Position numbers and translations under genes: made by a program
Part shown: one piece after another, positions 45,101 through 60,800 of the stretch
Position numbering within the stretch: position 1 is the stretch's first letter
Layout: every line of letters begins with the position of its first letter
DNA from: the human T2T-CHM13v2.0 reference genome, Homo sapiens
Assembly: GCF_009914755.1 (NCBI RefSeq)
Contig: NC_060925.1
DNA: 64,000 bases
Strand: one strand, 5' to 3'
The notes under the pieces: model-generated
What the model was told of the DNA's origin: nothing
Seen by the model: the letters and a program-made list of their open reading frames with translations, nothing else
Databases searched by the model: none

Positions 45101-46848
45101 GAATGGAATCAACATCAAATGGAATCAAATGGAATCATTGAACGGAATTGAATGGAATCGTCATCGAATGAATTGACTGCAATCATCGAATGGTCTCGAA
45201 TGGAATCATCTTCAAATGGAATGGAATGGAATCATCGCATAGAATCGAATGGAATTATCATCGAATGGAATCGAATGGAATCAACATCAAACGGAAAAAA
45301 ACGGAATTATCGAATGGAATCGAAGAGAATCATCGAATGGACCCGAATGGAATCATCTAATGGAATGGAATGGAATAATCCATGGACTCGAATGCAATCA
45401 TCATCGAATGGAATCGAATGGAATCATCGAATGGACTCGAATGGAATAATCATTGAACGGAATCGAATGGAATCATCATCGGATGGAAATGAAAGGAGTC
45501 ATCATCTAATGGAATTGCATGGAATCATCATAAAATGGAATCGAATGGAATCAACATCAAATGGAATCAAATGGAATCATTGAACGGAATTGAATGGAAT
45601 CGTCATCGAATGAATTGAATGCAATCATCGAATGGTCTCGAATGGAATCATCTTCAAATGGAATGGAATGGAATCATCGCATAGGATCGAATGGAATTAT
45701 CATCGAATGGAATCGAATGGAATCAACATCAAACGGAAAAAAACGGAATTATCGAATGGAATCGAAGAGAATCATCGAATGGACCCGAATGGAATCATCT
45801 AATGGAATGGAATGGAATAATCCATGGACTCGAATGCAATCATCATCGAATGGAATCGAATGGAATCATCGAATGGACTCGAATGGAATAATCATTGAAC
45901 GGAATCGAATGGAATCATCATCGGATGGAAATGAATGGAATCATCATCGAATGGAATCGAATAGAATTATGGAATGAAATCCAGTGTGATCATCATCGAA
46001 TGGACCCGAATGGAATCATCATCCAACGGAAGCTAATGGAATCAACATCGAATGAATCAAATGGAAACACCATCGAATTGAAACGAATGGAATTACCATG
46101 AAATTGAAATGGATGGACTCATCATCGAATGGATTCGAATGGAATCATCGAATAAAATTGATTGAAATCATCATCGAATGGAATCGAATGGTATCATTGA
46201 ATGGAATCGAATGGAATCATCATCAGATGGAAATGAATGGAATCGTCATAGAATGGAATCGAATGGATTCATTGAATGGAATCAGATGGAATCATCGAAT
46301 GGACTGGAATGGAATCATTGAATGGACTCGAAAGGGATCATTATTGAATGGAATTGAATGGAATCATCGAATGGTCTCGATTGGAATCATTATCAAACGG
46401 AATCGAATGGAATCACCGAATAGAATCGAATGGAACAATCATCGAATGGACTCAAATGGAATTATCCTCAAATGGAATCGAATGGAATTATCGAATGCAA
46501 TCGAATGGAATTATCGAATGCAATCGAATAGAATCATCGAATGGACTCGAATGGAATCATCGAATGGAATGGAATGGAACAGTCAATGAACTCGAATGGA
46601 ATCATCATTGAATGGAATCGAATGGAATCATCGAGTGGAATCGAATGTAATCATCATCAAATGGAATCAAAAATAACCATCATTAAATGGAATCAAAAAT
46701 AACCATCATCAATTGGTATTGAATGGAATTCTCATCAAATGGAATTCAAAGGAATCATCATCATATGGAACCGAATGGAATCCTCATTGAATGGAAATGA
46801 AAGGGGTTATCATCTAATGGAATCGCATGGAATCATCATAAAATGGAA

Positions 46849-47042
46849 TCGAATGGAATCAACATCAAATGGAATCAAATGGAATCATTGAACGGAATTG
46901 AATGGAATCGTCATCGAATGAATTGAATGCAATCATCGAATGGTCTCGAATGGAATCAACATCAAATGGAATCAAATGGAATCATTGAACGGAATTGAAT
47001 GGAATCGTCATCGAATGAATTGAATGCAATCATCGAATGGTC
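46849..47042 (+). repeat. 97 bp tandem duplication
   Basis: TCGAATGGAATCAACATCAAATGG at 46849 and 46946; unit length 1405 = 1308+97. Confidence 0.88.
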
Positions 47043-50000
47043 TCGAATGGAATCATCTTCAAATGGAATGGAATGGAATCATCGCATAGAATCGAATGGA
47101 ATTATCATCGAATGGAATCGAATGGAATCAACATCAAACGGAAAAAAACGGAATTATCGAATGGAATCGAAGAGAATCATCGAATGGACCCGAATGGAAT
47201 CATCTAATGGAATGGAATGGAATAATCCATGGACTCGAATGCAATCATCATCGAATGGAATCGAATGGAATCATCGAATGGACTCGAATGGAATAATCAT
47301 TGAACGGAATCGAATGGAATCATCATCGGATGGAAACGAATGGAATCATCATCGAATGGAATCAAATAGAATTATGGAATGAAATCCAGTGTGATCATCA
47401 TCGAATGGACCCGAATGGAATCATCATCCAACGGAAGCTAATGGAATCAACATCGAATGAATCAAATGGAAACACCATCGAATTGAAACGAATGGAATTA
47501 CCATGAAATTGAAATGGATGGACACATCATCAAATGGATTCGAATGGAATCATCGAATAAAATTGATTGAAATCATCATCGAATGGAATTGAATGGTATC
47601 ATTGAATGGAATCGAATGGAATCATCATCAGATGGAAATGAATGGAATCGTCATAGAATGGAATCGAATGGATTCATTGAATGGAATCAGATGGAATCAT
47701 GGAATGGACTGGAATGGAATCATTGAATGGACTCGAAAGGGATCATTATTGAATGGAATTGAATGGAATCATCGAATGGTCTCGATTGGAATCATTATCA
47801 AATGGAATCGAATGGAATCACCGAATAGAATCGAATGGAACAATCATCGAATGGACTCAAATGGAATTATCCTCCAATGGAATCGAATGGAATTATCGAA
47901 TGCAATCGAATGGAATTATCGAATGCAATCGAATAGAATCATCGAATGGACTCGAATGGAATCATCGAATGGATTGATGGAACAGTCAATGAACTCGAAT
48001 GGAATCATCATTGAATGGAATCGAATGGAATCATCGAGTGGAATCGAAAGGAATTATGACCAAATGGAATCGAATGTAATCATCATCAAATGGAATCCAA
48101 AATAACCATCATCAATTGGTATTGAATGGAATTGTCATCAAATGGAATTCAAAGGAATCATCATCAAATGGAACCGAATGGAATCCTCATTGAATGGAAA
48201 TGAAAGGGGTCATCATCTAATGGAATCGCATGGAATCATCATCAAATGGAATCGAATGGAATCATCATCAAATGGAATCAAATGGAATCATTGAACAGAA
48301 TTGAATGGAATGGTCATCGAATGAGTTGAATGCAATCATCGAATGGTCTCGAATGGAATCATCTTCTAATGGAAAGGAATGGAATCATCGCATAGAATCG
48401 AATGGAATTATCATCGAATGGAATCGAATGGTATCAACACCAAACGGAAAAAAACGGAATTATCGAATGGAATCGAAGAGAATCTTCGAACGGACCCGAA
48501 TGGAATCATCTAATGGAATGGAATGGAATAATCCATGGACTCGAATGCAATCATCATCGAATGGAATCGAATGGAATCATCGAATGGACTCGAATGGAAA
48601 AATCATTGAACGGAATCCAATGGAATCATCATCGGATGGAAACGAATGGAATCATCATCGAATGGAAATGAAAGGAGTCATCATCTAATGGAATTGCATG
48701 GAATCATCATAAAATGGAATCGAATGGAATCAACATCAAATGGAATCAAATGGAATCATTGAACGGAATTGAATGGAATCGTCATCGAATGAATTGACTG
48801 CAATCATCGAATGGTCTCGAATGGAATCATCTTCAAATGTAATGGAATGGAATCATCGCATAGAATCGAATGGAATTATCATCGAATGGAATCGAATGGA
48901 ATCAACATCAAACGGAAAAAAACGGAATTATCGAATGGAATCGAAGAGAATCATCGAATGGACCCGAATGGAATCATCTAATGGAATGGAATGGAATAAT
49001 CCATGGACTCGAATGCAATCATCATCGAATGGAATCGAATGGAATCATCGAATGGACTCGAATGGAATAATCATTGAACGGAATCGAATGGAATCATCAT
49101 CGGATGGAAATGAATGGAATCATCATCGAATGGAATCAAATAGAATTATGGAATGAAATCCAGTGTGATCATCATCGAATGGACCCGAATGGAATCATCA
49201 TCCAACGGAAGCTAATGGAATCAACATCGAATGAATCAAATGGAAACACCATCGAATTGAAACGAATGGAATTACCATGAAATTGAAATGGATGGACTCA
49301 TCATCAAATGGATTCGAATGGAATCATCGAATAAAATTGATTGAAATCATCATCAAATGGAATCGAATGGTATCATTGAATGGAATCGAATGGAATCATC
49401 ATCAGATGGAAATGAATGGAATCGTCATAGAATGGAATCGAATGGATTCATTGAATGGAATCAGATGGAATCATTGAATGGACTGGAATGGAATCATTGA
49501 ATGGACTCGAAAGGGATCATTATTGAATGGAATTGAATGGAATCATCGAATGGTCTCGATTGGAATCATTATCAAATGGAATCGAATGGAATCACCGAAT
49601 AGAATCGAATGGAACAATCATCGAATGGACTCAAATGGAATTATCCTGCAATGGAATCGAATGGAATTATCGAATGCAATCGAATGGAATTATCGAATGC
49701 AATCGAATAGAATCATCGAATGGACTCGAATGGAATCATCGAATGGAATGATGGAACAGTCAATGAACTCGAATGGAATCATCATTGAATGGAATCGAAT
49801 GGAATCATCGAGTGGAATCGAAAGGAATTATGACCAAATGGAATCGAATGTAATCATCATCAAATGGAATCCAAAATAACCATCATCAATTGGTATTGAA
49901 TGGAATTGTCATCAAATGGAATTCAAAGGAATCATCATCAAATGGAACCGAATGGAATCCTCATTGAATGGAAATGAAAGGGGTCATCATCTAATGGAAT

Positions 50001-52499
50001 CGCATGGAATCATCATCAAATGGAATCGAATGGAATCATCATCAAATGGAATCAAATGGAATCATTGAACAGAATTGAATGGAATGGTCATCGAATGAGT
50101 TGAATGCAATCATCTAATGGTCTCGAATGGAATCATCTTCTAATGGAAAGGAATGGAATCATCGCATAGAATCGAATGGAATTATCATCGAATGGAATCG
50201 AATGGTATCAACACCAAACGGAAAAAAACGGAATTATCGAATGGAATCGAAGAGAATCTTCGAACGGACCAGAATGGAATCATCTAATGGAATGGAATGG
50301 AATAATCCATGGACTCGAATGCAATCATCATCGAATGGAATCGAATGGAATCATCGAATGGACTCGAATGGAATAATCATTGAACGGAATCGAATGGAAT
50401 CATCATCGGATGGAAACGAATGGAATCATCATCGAATGGAAATGAAAGGAGTCATCATCTAATGGAATTGCATGGAATCATCATAAAATGGAATCGAATG
50501 GAATCAACATCAAATGGAATCAAATGGAATCATTCAACGGAATTGAATGGAATCGTCATCGAATGAATTGAATGCAATCATCGAATGGTCTCGAATGGAA
50601 TCATCTTCAAATGGAATGGAATGGAATCATCGCATAGAATCGAATGGAATTATCATCCAATGGAATCGAATGGAATCAACATCAAACGGAAAAAAACGGA
50701 ATTATCGAATGGAATCGAAGAGAATCATCGAATGGACCCGAATGGAATCATCTAATGGAATGGAATGGAATAATCCATGGACTCGAATGCAATCATCATC
50801 GAATGGAATCGAATGGAATCATCGAATGGACTCGAATGGAATAATCATTGAACGGAATCGAATGGAATCATCATCGGATGGAAATGAAAGGAGTCATCAT
50901 CTAATGGAATTGCATGGAATCATCATAAAATGGAATCGAATGGAATCAACATCAAATGGAATCAAATGGAATCATTGAACGGAATTGAATGGAATCGTCA
51001 TCGAATGAATTGAATGCAATCATCGAATGGTCTCGAATGGAATCATCTTCAAATGGAATGGAATGGAATCATCGCATAGAATCGAATGGAATTATCATCG
51101 AATGGAATCGAATGGAATCAACATCAAACGGAAAAAAACGGAATTATCGAATGGAATCGAAGAGAATCATCGAATGGACCCGAATGGAATCATCTAATGG
51201 AATGGAATGGAATAATCCATGGACTCGAATGCAATCATCATCGAATGGAATCGAATGGAATCATCGAATGGACTCGAATGGAATAATCATTGAACGGAAT
51301 CGAATGGAATCATCATCGGATGGAAATGAATGGAATCATCATCGAATGGAATCGAATAGAATTATGGAATGAAATCCAGTGTGATCATCATCGAATGGAC
51401 CCGAATGGAATCATCATCCAACGGAAGCTAATGGAATCAACATCGAATGAATCAAATGGAAACACCATCGAATTGAAACGAATGGAATTACCATGAAATT
51501 GAAATGGATGGACTCATCATCAAATGGATTCGAATGGAATCATCGAATAAAATTGATTGAAATCATCATCGAATGGAATCGAATGGTATCATTGAATGGA
51601 ATCGAATGGAATCATCATCAGATGGAAATGAATGGAATCGTCATAGAATGGAATCGAATGGATTCATTGAATGGAATCAGATGGAATCATTGAATGGACT
51701 GGAATGGAATCATTGAATGGACTCGAAAGGGATCATGATTGAATGGAATTGAATGGAATCATCGAATGGTCTCGATTGGAATCATTATCAAATGGAATCG
51801 AATGGAATCACCGAATAGAATCGAATGGAACAATCATCGAATGGACTCAAATGGAATTATCCTCCAATGGAATCGAATGGAATTATCGAATGCAATCGAA
51901 TGGAATTATCGAATGCAATCGAATAGAATCATCGAATGGACTCGAATGGAATCATCGAATGGAATGATGGAACAGTCAATGAACTCGAATGGAATCATCA
52001 TTGAATGGAATCGAATGGAATCATCGAGTGGAATCGAAAGGAATTATGACCAAATGGAATCGAATGTAATCATCATCAAATGGAATCCAAAATAACCATC
52101 ATCAATTGGTATTGAATGGAATTGTCATCAAATGGAATTCAAAGGAATCATCATCAAATGGAACCGCATGGAATCCTCATTGAATGGAAATGAAAGGGGT
52201 CATCATCTAATGGAATCGCATGGAATCATCATCAAATGGAATCGAATGGAATCATCATCAAATGGAATCAAATGGAATCATTGAACAGAATTGAATGGAA
52301 TGGTCATCGAATGAGTTGAATGCAATCATCTAATGGTCTCGAATGGAATCATCTTCTAATGGAAAGGAATGGAATCATCGCATAGAATCGAATGGAATTA
52401 TCATCGAATGGAATCGAATGGTATCAACACCAAACGGAAAAAAACGGAATTATCGAATGGAATCGAAGAGAATCTTCGAACGGACCCGAATGGAATCAT

Positions 52500-55400
52500 C
52501 TAATGGAATGGAATGGAATAATCCATGGACTCGAATGCAATCATCATCGAATGGAATCGAATGGAATCATCGAATGGACTCGAATGGAATAATCATTGAA
52601 CGGAATCGAATGGAATCATCATCGGATGGAAACGAATGCAATCATCATCGAATGGAAATGAAAGGAGTCATCATCTAATGGAATTGCATGGAATCATCAT
52701 AAAATGGAATCGAATGGAATCAACATCAAATGGAATCAAATGGAATCATTGAACGGAATTGAATGGAATCGTCATCGAATGAATTGAATGCAATCATCGA
52801 ATGGTCTCGAATGGAATCATCTTCAAATGGAATGGAATGGAATCATCGCATAGAATCGAATGGAATTATCATCGAATGGAATCGAATGGAATCAACATCA
52901 AACGGAAAAAAACGGAATTATCGAATGGAATCGAAGAGAATCATCGAATGGACCCGAATGGAATCATCTAATGGAATGGAATGGAATAATCCATGGACTC
53001 GAATGCAATCATCATCGAATGGAATCGAATGGAATCATCGAATGGACTCGAATGGAATAATCATTGAACGGAATCGAATGGAATCATCATCGGATGGAAA
53101 TGAAAGGAGTCATCATCTAATGGAATTGCATGGAATCATCATAAAATGGAATCGAATGGAATCAACATCAAATGGAATCAAATGGAATCATTGAACGGAA
53201 TTGAATGGAATCGTCATCGAATGAATTGAATGCAATCATCGAATGGTCTCGAATGGAATCATCTTCAAATGGAATGGAATGGAATCATCGCATAGAATCG
53301 AATGGAATTATCATCGAATGGAATCGAATGGAATCAACATCCAACGGAAAAAAACGGAATTATCGAATGGAATCGAAGAGAATCATCGAATGGACCCGAA
53401 TGGAATCATCTAATGGAATGGAATGGAATAATCCATGGACTCGAATGCAATCATCATCGAATGGAATCGAATGGAATCATCGAATGGACTCGAATGGAAT
53501 AATCATTGAACGGAATCGAATGGAATCATCATCGGATGGAAATGAATGGAATCATCATCGAATGGAATCGAATAGAATTATGGAATGAAATCCAGTGTGA
53601 TCATCATCGAATGGACCCGAATGGAATCATCATCCAACGGAAGCTAATGGAATCAACATCGAATGAATCAAATGGAAACACCATCGAATTGAAACGAATG
53701 GAATTACCATGAAATTGAAATGGATGGACTCATCATCAAATGGATTCGAGTGGAATCATCGAATAAAATTGATTGAAATCATCATCGAATGGAATCGAAT
53801 GGTATCATTGAATGGAATCGAATGGAATCATCATCAGATGGAAATGAAAGGAATCGTCATAGAATGGAATCGAATGGATTCATTGAATGGAATCAGATGG
53901 AATCATTGAATGGACTGGAATGGAATCATTGAATGGACTCGAAAGGGATCATGATTGAATGGAATTGAATGGAATCATCGAATGGTCTCGATTGGAATCA
54001 TTATCAAATGGAATCGAATGGAATCACCGAATAGAATCGAATGGAACAATCATCGAATGGACTCAAATGGAATTATCCTCCAATGGAATCGAATGGAATT
54101 ATCGAATGCAATCGAATGGAATTATCGAATGCAATCGAATAGAATCATCGAATGGACTCGAATGGAATCATCGAATGGAATGGAATGGAACAGTCAATGA
54201 ACTCGAATGGAATCATCATTGAATGGAATCGAATGGAATCATCGAGTGGAATCGAATGTAATCATCATCAAATGGAATCAAAAATAACCATCATCAAATG
54301 GAATCAAAAATAACCATCATCAATTGGTATTGAATGGAATTCTCATCAAATGGAATTCAAAGGAATCATCATCAAATGGAACCGAATGGAATCCTCATTG
54401 AATGGAAATGAAAGGGGTCATCATCTAATGGAATCGCATGGAATCATCATCAAATGGAATCGAATGGAATCATCATCAAATGGAATCTAATGGAATCATT
54501 GAAAAGAATTGAATGGAATCGTCATCGAATGAATTGAATGCAATCATCGAATGGTCTCGAATGGAATCATCTTCTAATGGAAAGGAATGGAATCATCGCA
54601 TAGAATCGAATGGAATTAACATTGAATGGAATCGAATGGAATCAACATCAAATGGAATCAAGCGGAATTATCGAATGAAATCGAAGAGAATCATCGAATG
54701 GACTCGAATGGAATCATCTAATGGAATGGAATGGAATAATCCACGGACTCGAATGCAATCATCATCGTATAGAATCGAATGGAATCATCGAATGGACTCG
54801 AATGGAATAACCATTGAACGGAATCGAATGGAATCATCATCGGATGGAAACGAATGGAATCATCATCGAATGGAAATGAAAGGAGTCATCATCTAATGGA
54901 ATTGTATGGAATCATCATAAAATGGAATCGAATGGAATCATCATCAAATGGAATCAAATGGAAGCATTGAACGGAATTGAATGGAATCGTCATCGAATGA
55001 ATTGAATGCAATCATCGAATGGTCTCGAAAGGAATCATCTTCAAATGGAATGGAATGGAATCATCGCATAGAATCGAATGGAATTATCATCGAATGGAAT
55101 CGAATGGTATCAACATCAAACGGAAAAAAACGGAATTACCGAATGGAATCGAAGAGAATCTTCGAACGGACCCGAATGGAATCATCTAATGGAATGGAAT
55201 GGAATAATCCATGGACTCGAATGCAATCATCATCGAATGGAATCGAATGGAATCATCGAATGGACTCGAATGGAATAATCATTGAACGGAATCGAATGGA
55301 ATCATCATCGGATGGAAACGAATGGAATCATCATCGAATGGAAATGAAAGGAGTCATCATCTAATGGAATTGCATGGAATCATCATAAAATGGAATCGAA

Positions 55401-57890
55401 TGGAATCAACATCAAATGGAATCAAATGGAATCATTGAACGGAATTGAATGGAATCGTCATCGAATGAATTGAATGCAATCATCGAATGGTCTCGAATGG
55501 AATCATCTTCAAATGGAATGGAATGGAATCATCGCATAGAATCGAATGGAATTATCATCGAATGGAATCGAATGGAATCAACATCAAACGGAAAAAAACG
55601 GAATTATCGAATGGAATCGAAGAGAATAATCGAATGGACCCGAATGGAATCATCTAATGGAATGGAATGGAATAATCCATGGACTCGAATGCAATCATCA
55701 TCGAATGGAATCGAATGGAATCATCGAATGGACTCGAATGGAATAATCATTGAACGGAATCGAATGGAATCATCATCGGATGGAAATGAAAGGAGTCATC
55801 ATCTAATGGAATTGCATGGAATCATCATAAAATGGAATCGAATGGAATCAACATCAAATGGAATCAAATGGAATCATTGAACGGAATTGAATGGAATCGT
55901 CATCGAATGAATTGAATGCAATCATCGAATGGTCTCGAATGGAATCATCTTCAAATGGAATGGAATGGAATCATCGCATAGAATCGAATGGAATTATCAT
56001 CGAATGGAATCGAATGGAATCAACATCCAACGGAAAAAAACGGAATTATCGAATGGAATCGAAGAGAATCATCGAATGGACCCGAATGGAATCATCTAAT
56101 GGAATGGAATGGAATAATCCATGGACTCGAATGCAATCATCATCGAATGGAATCGAATGGAATCATCGAATGGACTCGAATGGAATAATCATTGAACGGA
56201 ATCGAATGGAATCATCATCGGATGGAAATGAATGGAATCATCATCGAATGGAATCGAATAGAATTATGGAATGAAATCCAGTGTGATCATCATCGAATGG
56301 ACCCGAATGGAATCATCATCCAACGGAAGCTAATGGAATCAACATCGAATGAATCAAATGGAAACACCATCGAATTGAAACGAATGGAATTACCATGAAA
56401 TTGAAATGGATGGACTCATCATCAAATGGATTCGAGTGGAATCATCGAATAAAATTGATTGAAATCATCATCGAATGGAATCGAATGGTATCATTGAATG
56501 GAATCGAATGGAATCATCATCAGATGGAAATGAAAGGAATCGTCATAGAATGGAATCGAATGGATTCATTGAATGGAATCAGATGGAATCATTGAATGGA
56601 CTGGAATGGAATCATTGAATGGACTCGAAAGGGATCATGATTGAATGGAATTGAATGGAATCATCGAATGGTCTCGATTGGAATCATTATCAAATGGAAT
56701 CGAATGGAATCACCGAATAGAATCGAATGGAACAATCATCGAATGGACTCAAATGGAATTATCCTCCAATGGAATCGAATGGAATTATCGAATGCAATCG
56801 AATGGAATTATCGAATGCAATCGAATAGAATCATCGAATGGACTCGAATGGAATCATCGAATGGAATGGAATGGAACAGTCAATGAACTCGAATGGAATC
56901 ATCATTGAATGGAATCGAATGGAATCATCGAGTGGAATCGAATGTAATCATCATCAAATGGAATCAAAAATAACCATCATCAAATGGAATCAAAAATAAC
57001 CATCATCAATTGGTATTGAATGGAATTCTCATCAAATGGAATTCAAAGGAATCATCATCAAATGGAACCGAATGGAATCCTCATTGAATGGAAATGAAAG
57101 GGGTCATCATCTAATGGAATCGCATGGAATCATCATCAAATGGAATCGAATGGAATCATCATCAAATGGAATCTAATGGAATCATTGAAAAGAATTGAAT
57201 GGAATCGTCATCGAATGAATTGAATGCAATCATCGAATGGTCTCGAATGGAATCATCTTCTAATGGAAAGGAATGGAATCATCGCATAGAATCGAATGGA
57301 ATTAACATTGAATGGAATCGAATGGAATCAACATCAAATGGAATCAAGCGGAATTATCGAATGAAATCGAAGAGAATCATCGAATGGACTCGAATGGAAT
57401 CATCTAATGGAATGGAATGGAATAATCCACGGACTCGAATGCAATCATCATCGTATAGAATCGAATGGAATCATCGAATGGACTCGAATGGAATAACCAT
57501 TGAACGGAATCGAATGGAATCATCATCGGATGGAAACGAATGGAATCATCATCGAATGGAAATGAAAGGAGTCATCATCTAATGGAATTGTATGGAATCA
57601 TCATAAAATGGAATCGAATGGAATCATCATCAAATGGAATCAAATGGAAGCATTGAACGGAATTGAATGGAATCGTCATCGAATGAATTGAATGCAATCA
57701 TCGAATGGTCTCGAATGGAATCATCTTCAAATGGAATGGAATGGAATCATCGCATAGAATCGAATGGAATTATCATCGAATGGAATCGAATGGTATCAAC
57801 ATCAAACGGAAAAAAACGGAATTACCGAATGGAATCGAAGAGAATCTTCGAACGGACCCGAATGGAATCATCTAATGGAATGGAATGGAA
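52500..57890 (+). repeat. Recent tandem duplication, period 2686 bp, 2 copies
   Basis: Variants recur 2686 apart: AACATCCAACGG (~53340/56026), TTCGAGTGG, A' module (54513/57199), ATTGTATGG, GAAGCATTG, ATTACCGAA. Boundaries approximate. Confidence 0.88.
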
Positions 57891-60800
57891 TAATCCATGG
57901 ACTGGAATGCAATCATCATCGAATGGAATCGAATGGAATCATCGAATGGACTCGAATGGAATAATCATTGAACGGAATCGAATGGAATCATCATCGAATG
58001 GAAACGAATGGAATCATCATCGAATGGAATCGAATAGAATTATGGAATGAAATCCAGTGTGATCATCATCGAATGGACCCGAATGGAATCATCATCCAAC
58101 GGAAGCTAATGGAATCAACATCGAATGAATCAAATGGAAACACCATCGAATTGAAACGAATGGAATTACCATGAAATTGAAATGGATGGACTCATGATCA
58201 AATGGATTCGAATGGAATCATCGAATAAAATTGATTGAAATCATCATCGAATGGAATCGAATGGTATCATTGAATGGAATCGAATGGAATCATCATCAGA
58301 TGGAAATGAATGGAATCGTCATAGAATGGAATCGAATGGATTCATTGAATGGAATCAGATGGAATCATTGAATGGACTGGAATGGAATCATTGAATGGAC
58401 TCGAAAGGGATCATTATTGAATGGAATTGAATGGAATCATCGAATGGTCTCGATTGGAATCATTATCAAATGGAATCGAATGGAATCACCGAATAGAATC
58501 GAATGGAACAATCATCGAATGGACTCAAATGGAATTATCCTCAAATGGAATCGAATGGAATTATCGAATGCAATCGAATGGAATTATCGAATGCAATCGA
58601 ATAGAATCATCGAATGGACTCGAATGGAATCATCGAATGGAATGGAATGGAACAGTCAATGAACTCGAATGGAATCATCATTGAATGGAATCGAATGGAA
58701 TCATCGAGTGGAATCGAAAGGAATTATGACCAAATGGAATCGAATGTAATCATCATCAAATGGAATCAAAAATAACCATCATCAATTGGTATTGAATGGA
58801 ATTGTCATCAAATGGAATTCAAAGGAATCATCATCAAATGGAACCGAATGGAATCCTCATTGAATGGAAATGAAAGGGGTTATCATCTAATGGAATCGCA
58901 TGGAATCATCATCAAATGGAATCGAATGGAATCATCATCAAATGGAATCTAATGGAATCATTGAAAATAATTGAATGGAATCGTCATCGAATGAATTGAA
59001 TGCAATCATCGAATGGTCTCGAATGGAATCATCTTCTAATGGAAAGGAATGGAATCATCGCATAGAATCGAATGGAATTATCATCGAATGGATTCGAATG
59101 GAATCAACATCAAACGGAAAAAAACGGAATTATCGAATGGAATCGAAAGGAATCATCGAATGGACCCGAATGGAATCATCTAATGGAATGGAATGGAATA
59201 ATCCATGGACTCGAATGCAATCATCATCGAATGGAATCGAATGGAATCATCGAATGGACTCGAATGGAATAATCATTGAACGGAATCGAATGGAATCATC
59301 ATCGGATGGAAATGAATGGAATCATCATCGAATGGAATCGAATAGAATTATGGAATGAAATCCAGTGTGATCATCATCGAATGGACCCGAATGGAATCAT
59401 CATCCAACGGAAGCTAATGGAATCAACATCGAATGAATCAAATGGAAACACCATCGAATTGAAACGAATGGAATTACCATGAAATTGAAATGGATGGACT
59501 CATCATCGAATGGATTCGAATGGAATCATCGAATAAAATTGATTGAAATCATCATCGAATGGAATCGAATGGTATCATTGAATGGAATCGAATGGAATCA
59601 TCATCAGATGGAAATGAATGGAATCGTCATAGAATGGAATCGAATGGATTCACTGAATGGAATCAGATGGAATCATCGAACGGACTGGAATGGAATCATT
59701 GAATGGACTCGAAAGGGATCATGATTGAATGGAATTGAATGGAATCATCGAATGGTCTCGATTGGAATCATTATCAAATGGAATCGAATGGAATCACCGA
59801 ATAGAATCGAATGGAACAATCATCGAATGGACTCAAATGGAATTATCCTCAAATGGAATCGAATGGAATTATTGAATGCAATCGAATGGAATTATCGAAT
59901 GCAATCGAATAGAATCATCGAATGGACTCGAATGGAATCATCGAATGGAATGGAATGGAACAGTCAATGAACTCGAATGGAATCATCATTGAATGGAATC
60001 GAATGGAATCATCGAGTAGAATCGAATGGAATTATGATCAAATGGAATCGAATGTAATCATCATCAAATGGAATCAAAAATAACCATCATCAATTGGTAT
60101 TGAATGGAATTGTCATCAAATGGAATTCAAAGGAATCGTTCATCAAATGGAACCGAATGGAATCCTCATTGAATGGAAATGAAAGGGGTCATCATCTAAT
60201 GGAATCGCATGGAATCATCATCAAATTGAATCGAATGGAATCATCATCAAATGGAATCTAATGGAATCATTGAACAGAATTGAATGGAATCGTCATCGAA
60301 TGAATTGAATGCAATCATCGAATGGTCTCGAATGGAATCATCTTCTAATGGAAAGGAATGGAATTATCGCATAGAAACGAATGGAATTATCATCGAATGG
60401 AATCGAATGGTATCAACACCAAAAGGAAAAAAACGGAATTATCGAATGGAATCGAAGAGAATCTTCGAACGGACCCGAATGGAATCATCTAATGGAATGG
60501 AATGGAATAATCCATGGACTCGAATGCAATCATCATCGAATGGAATCGAATGGAATCATCGAATGGAATAATCATTGAACGGAATCGAATGGAATCATCA
60601 TCGGATGGAAACGAATGGAATCATCATCGAATGGAAATGAAAGGAGTCATCATCTAATGGAATTGCATGGAATCATCATAAAATGGAATCGAATGGAATC
60701 AACATCAAATGGAATCAAATGGAATCATTGAACGGAATTGAATGGAATCGTCATCGAATAAATTGAATGCAATCATCGAATGGTCTCGAATGGAATCATC

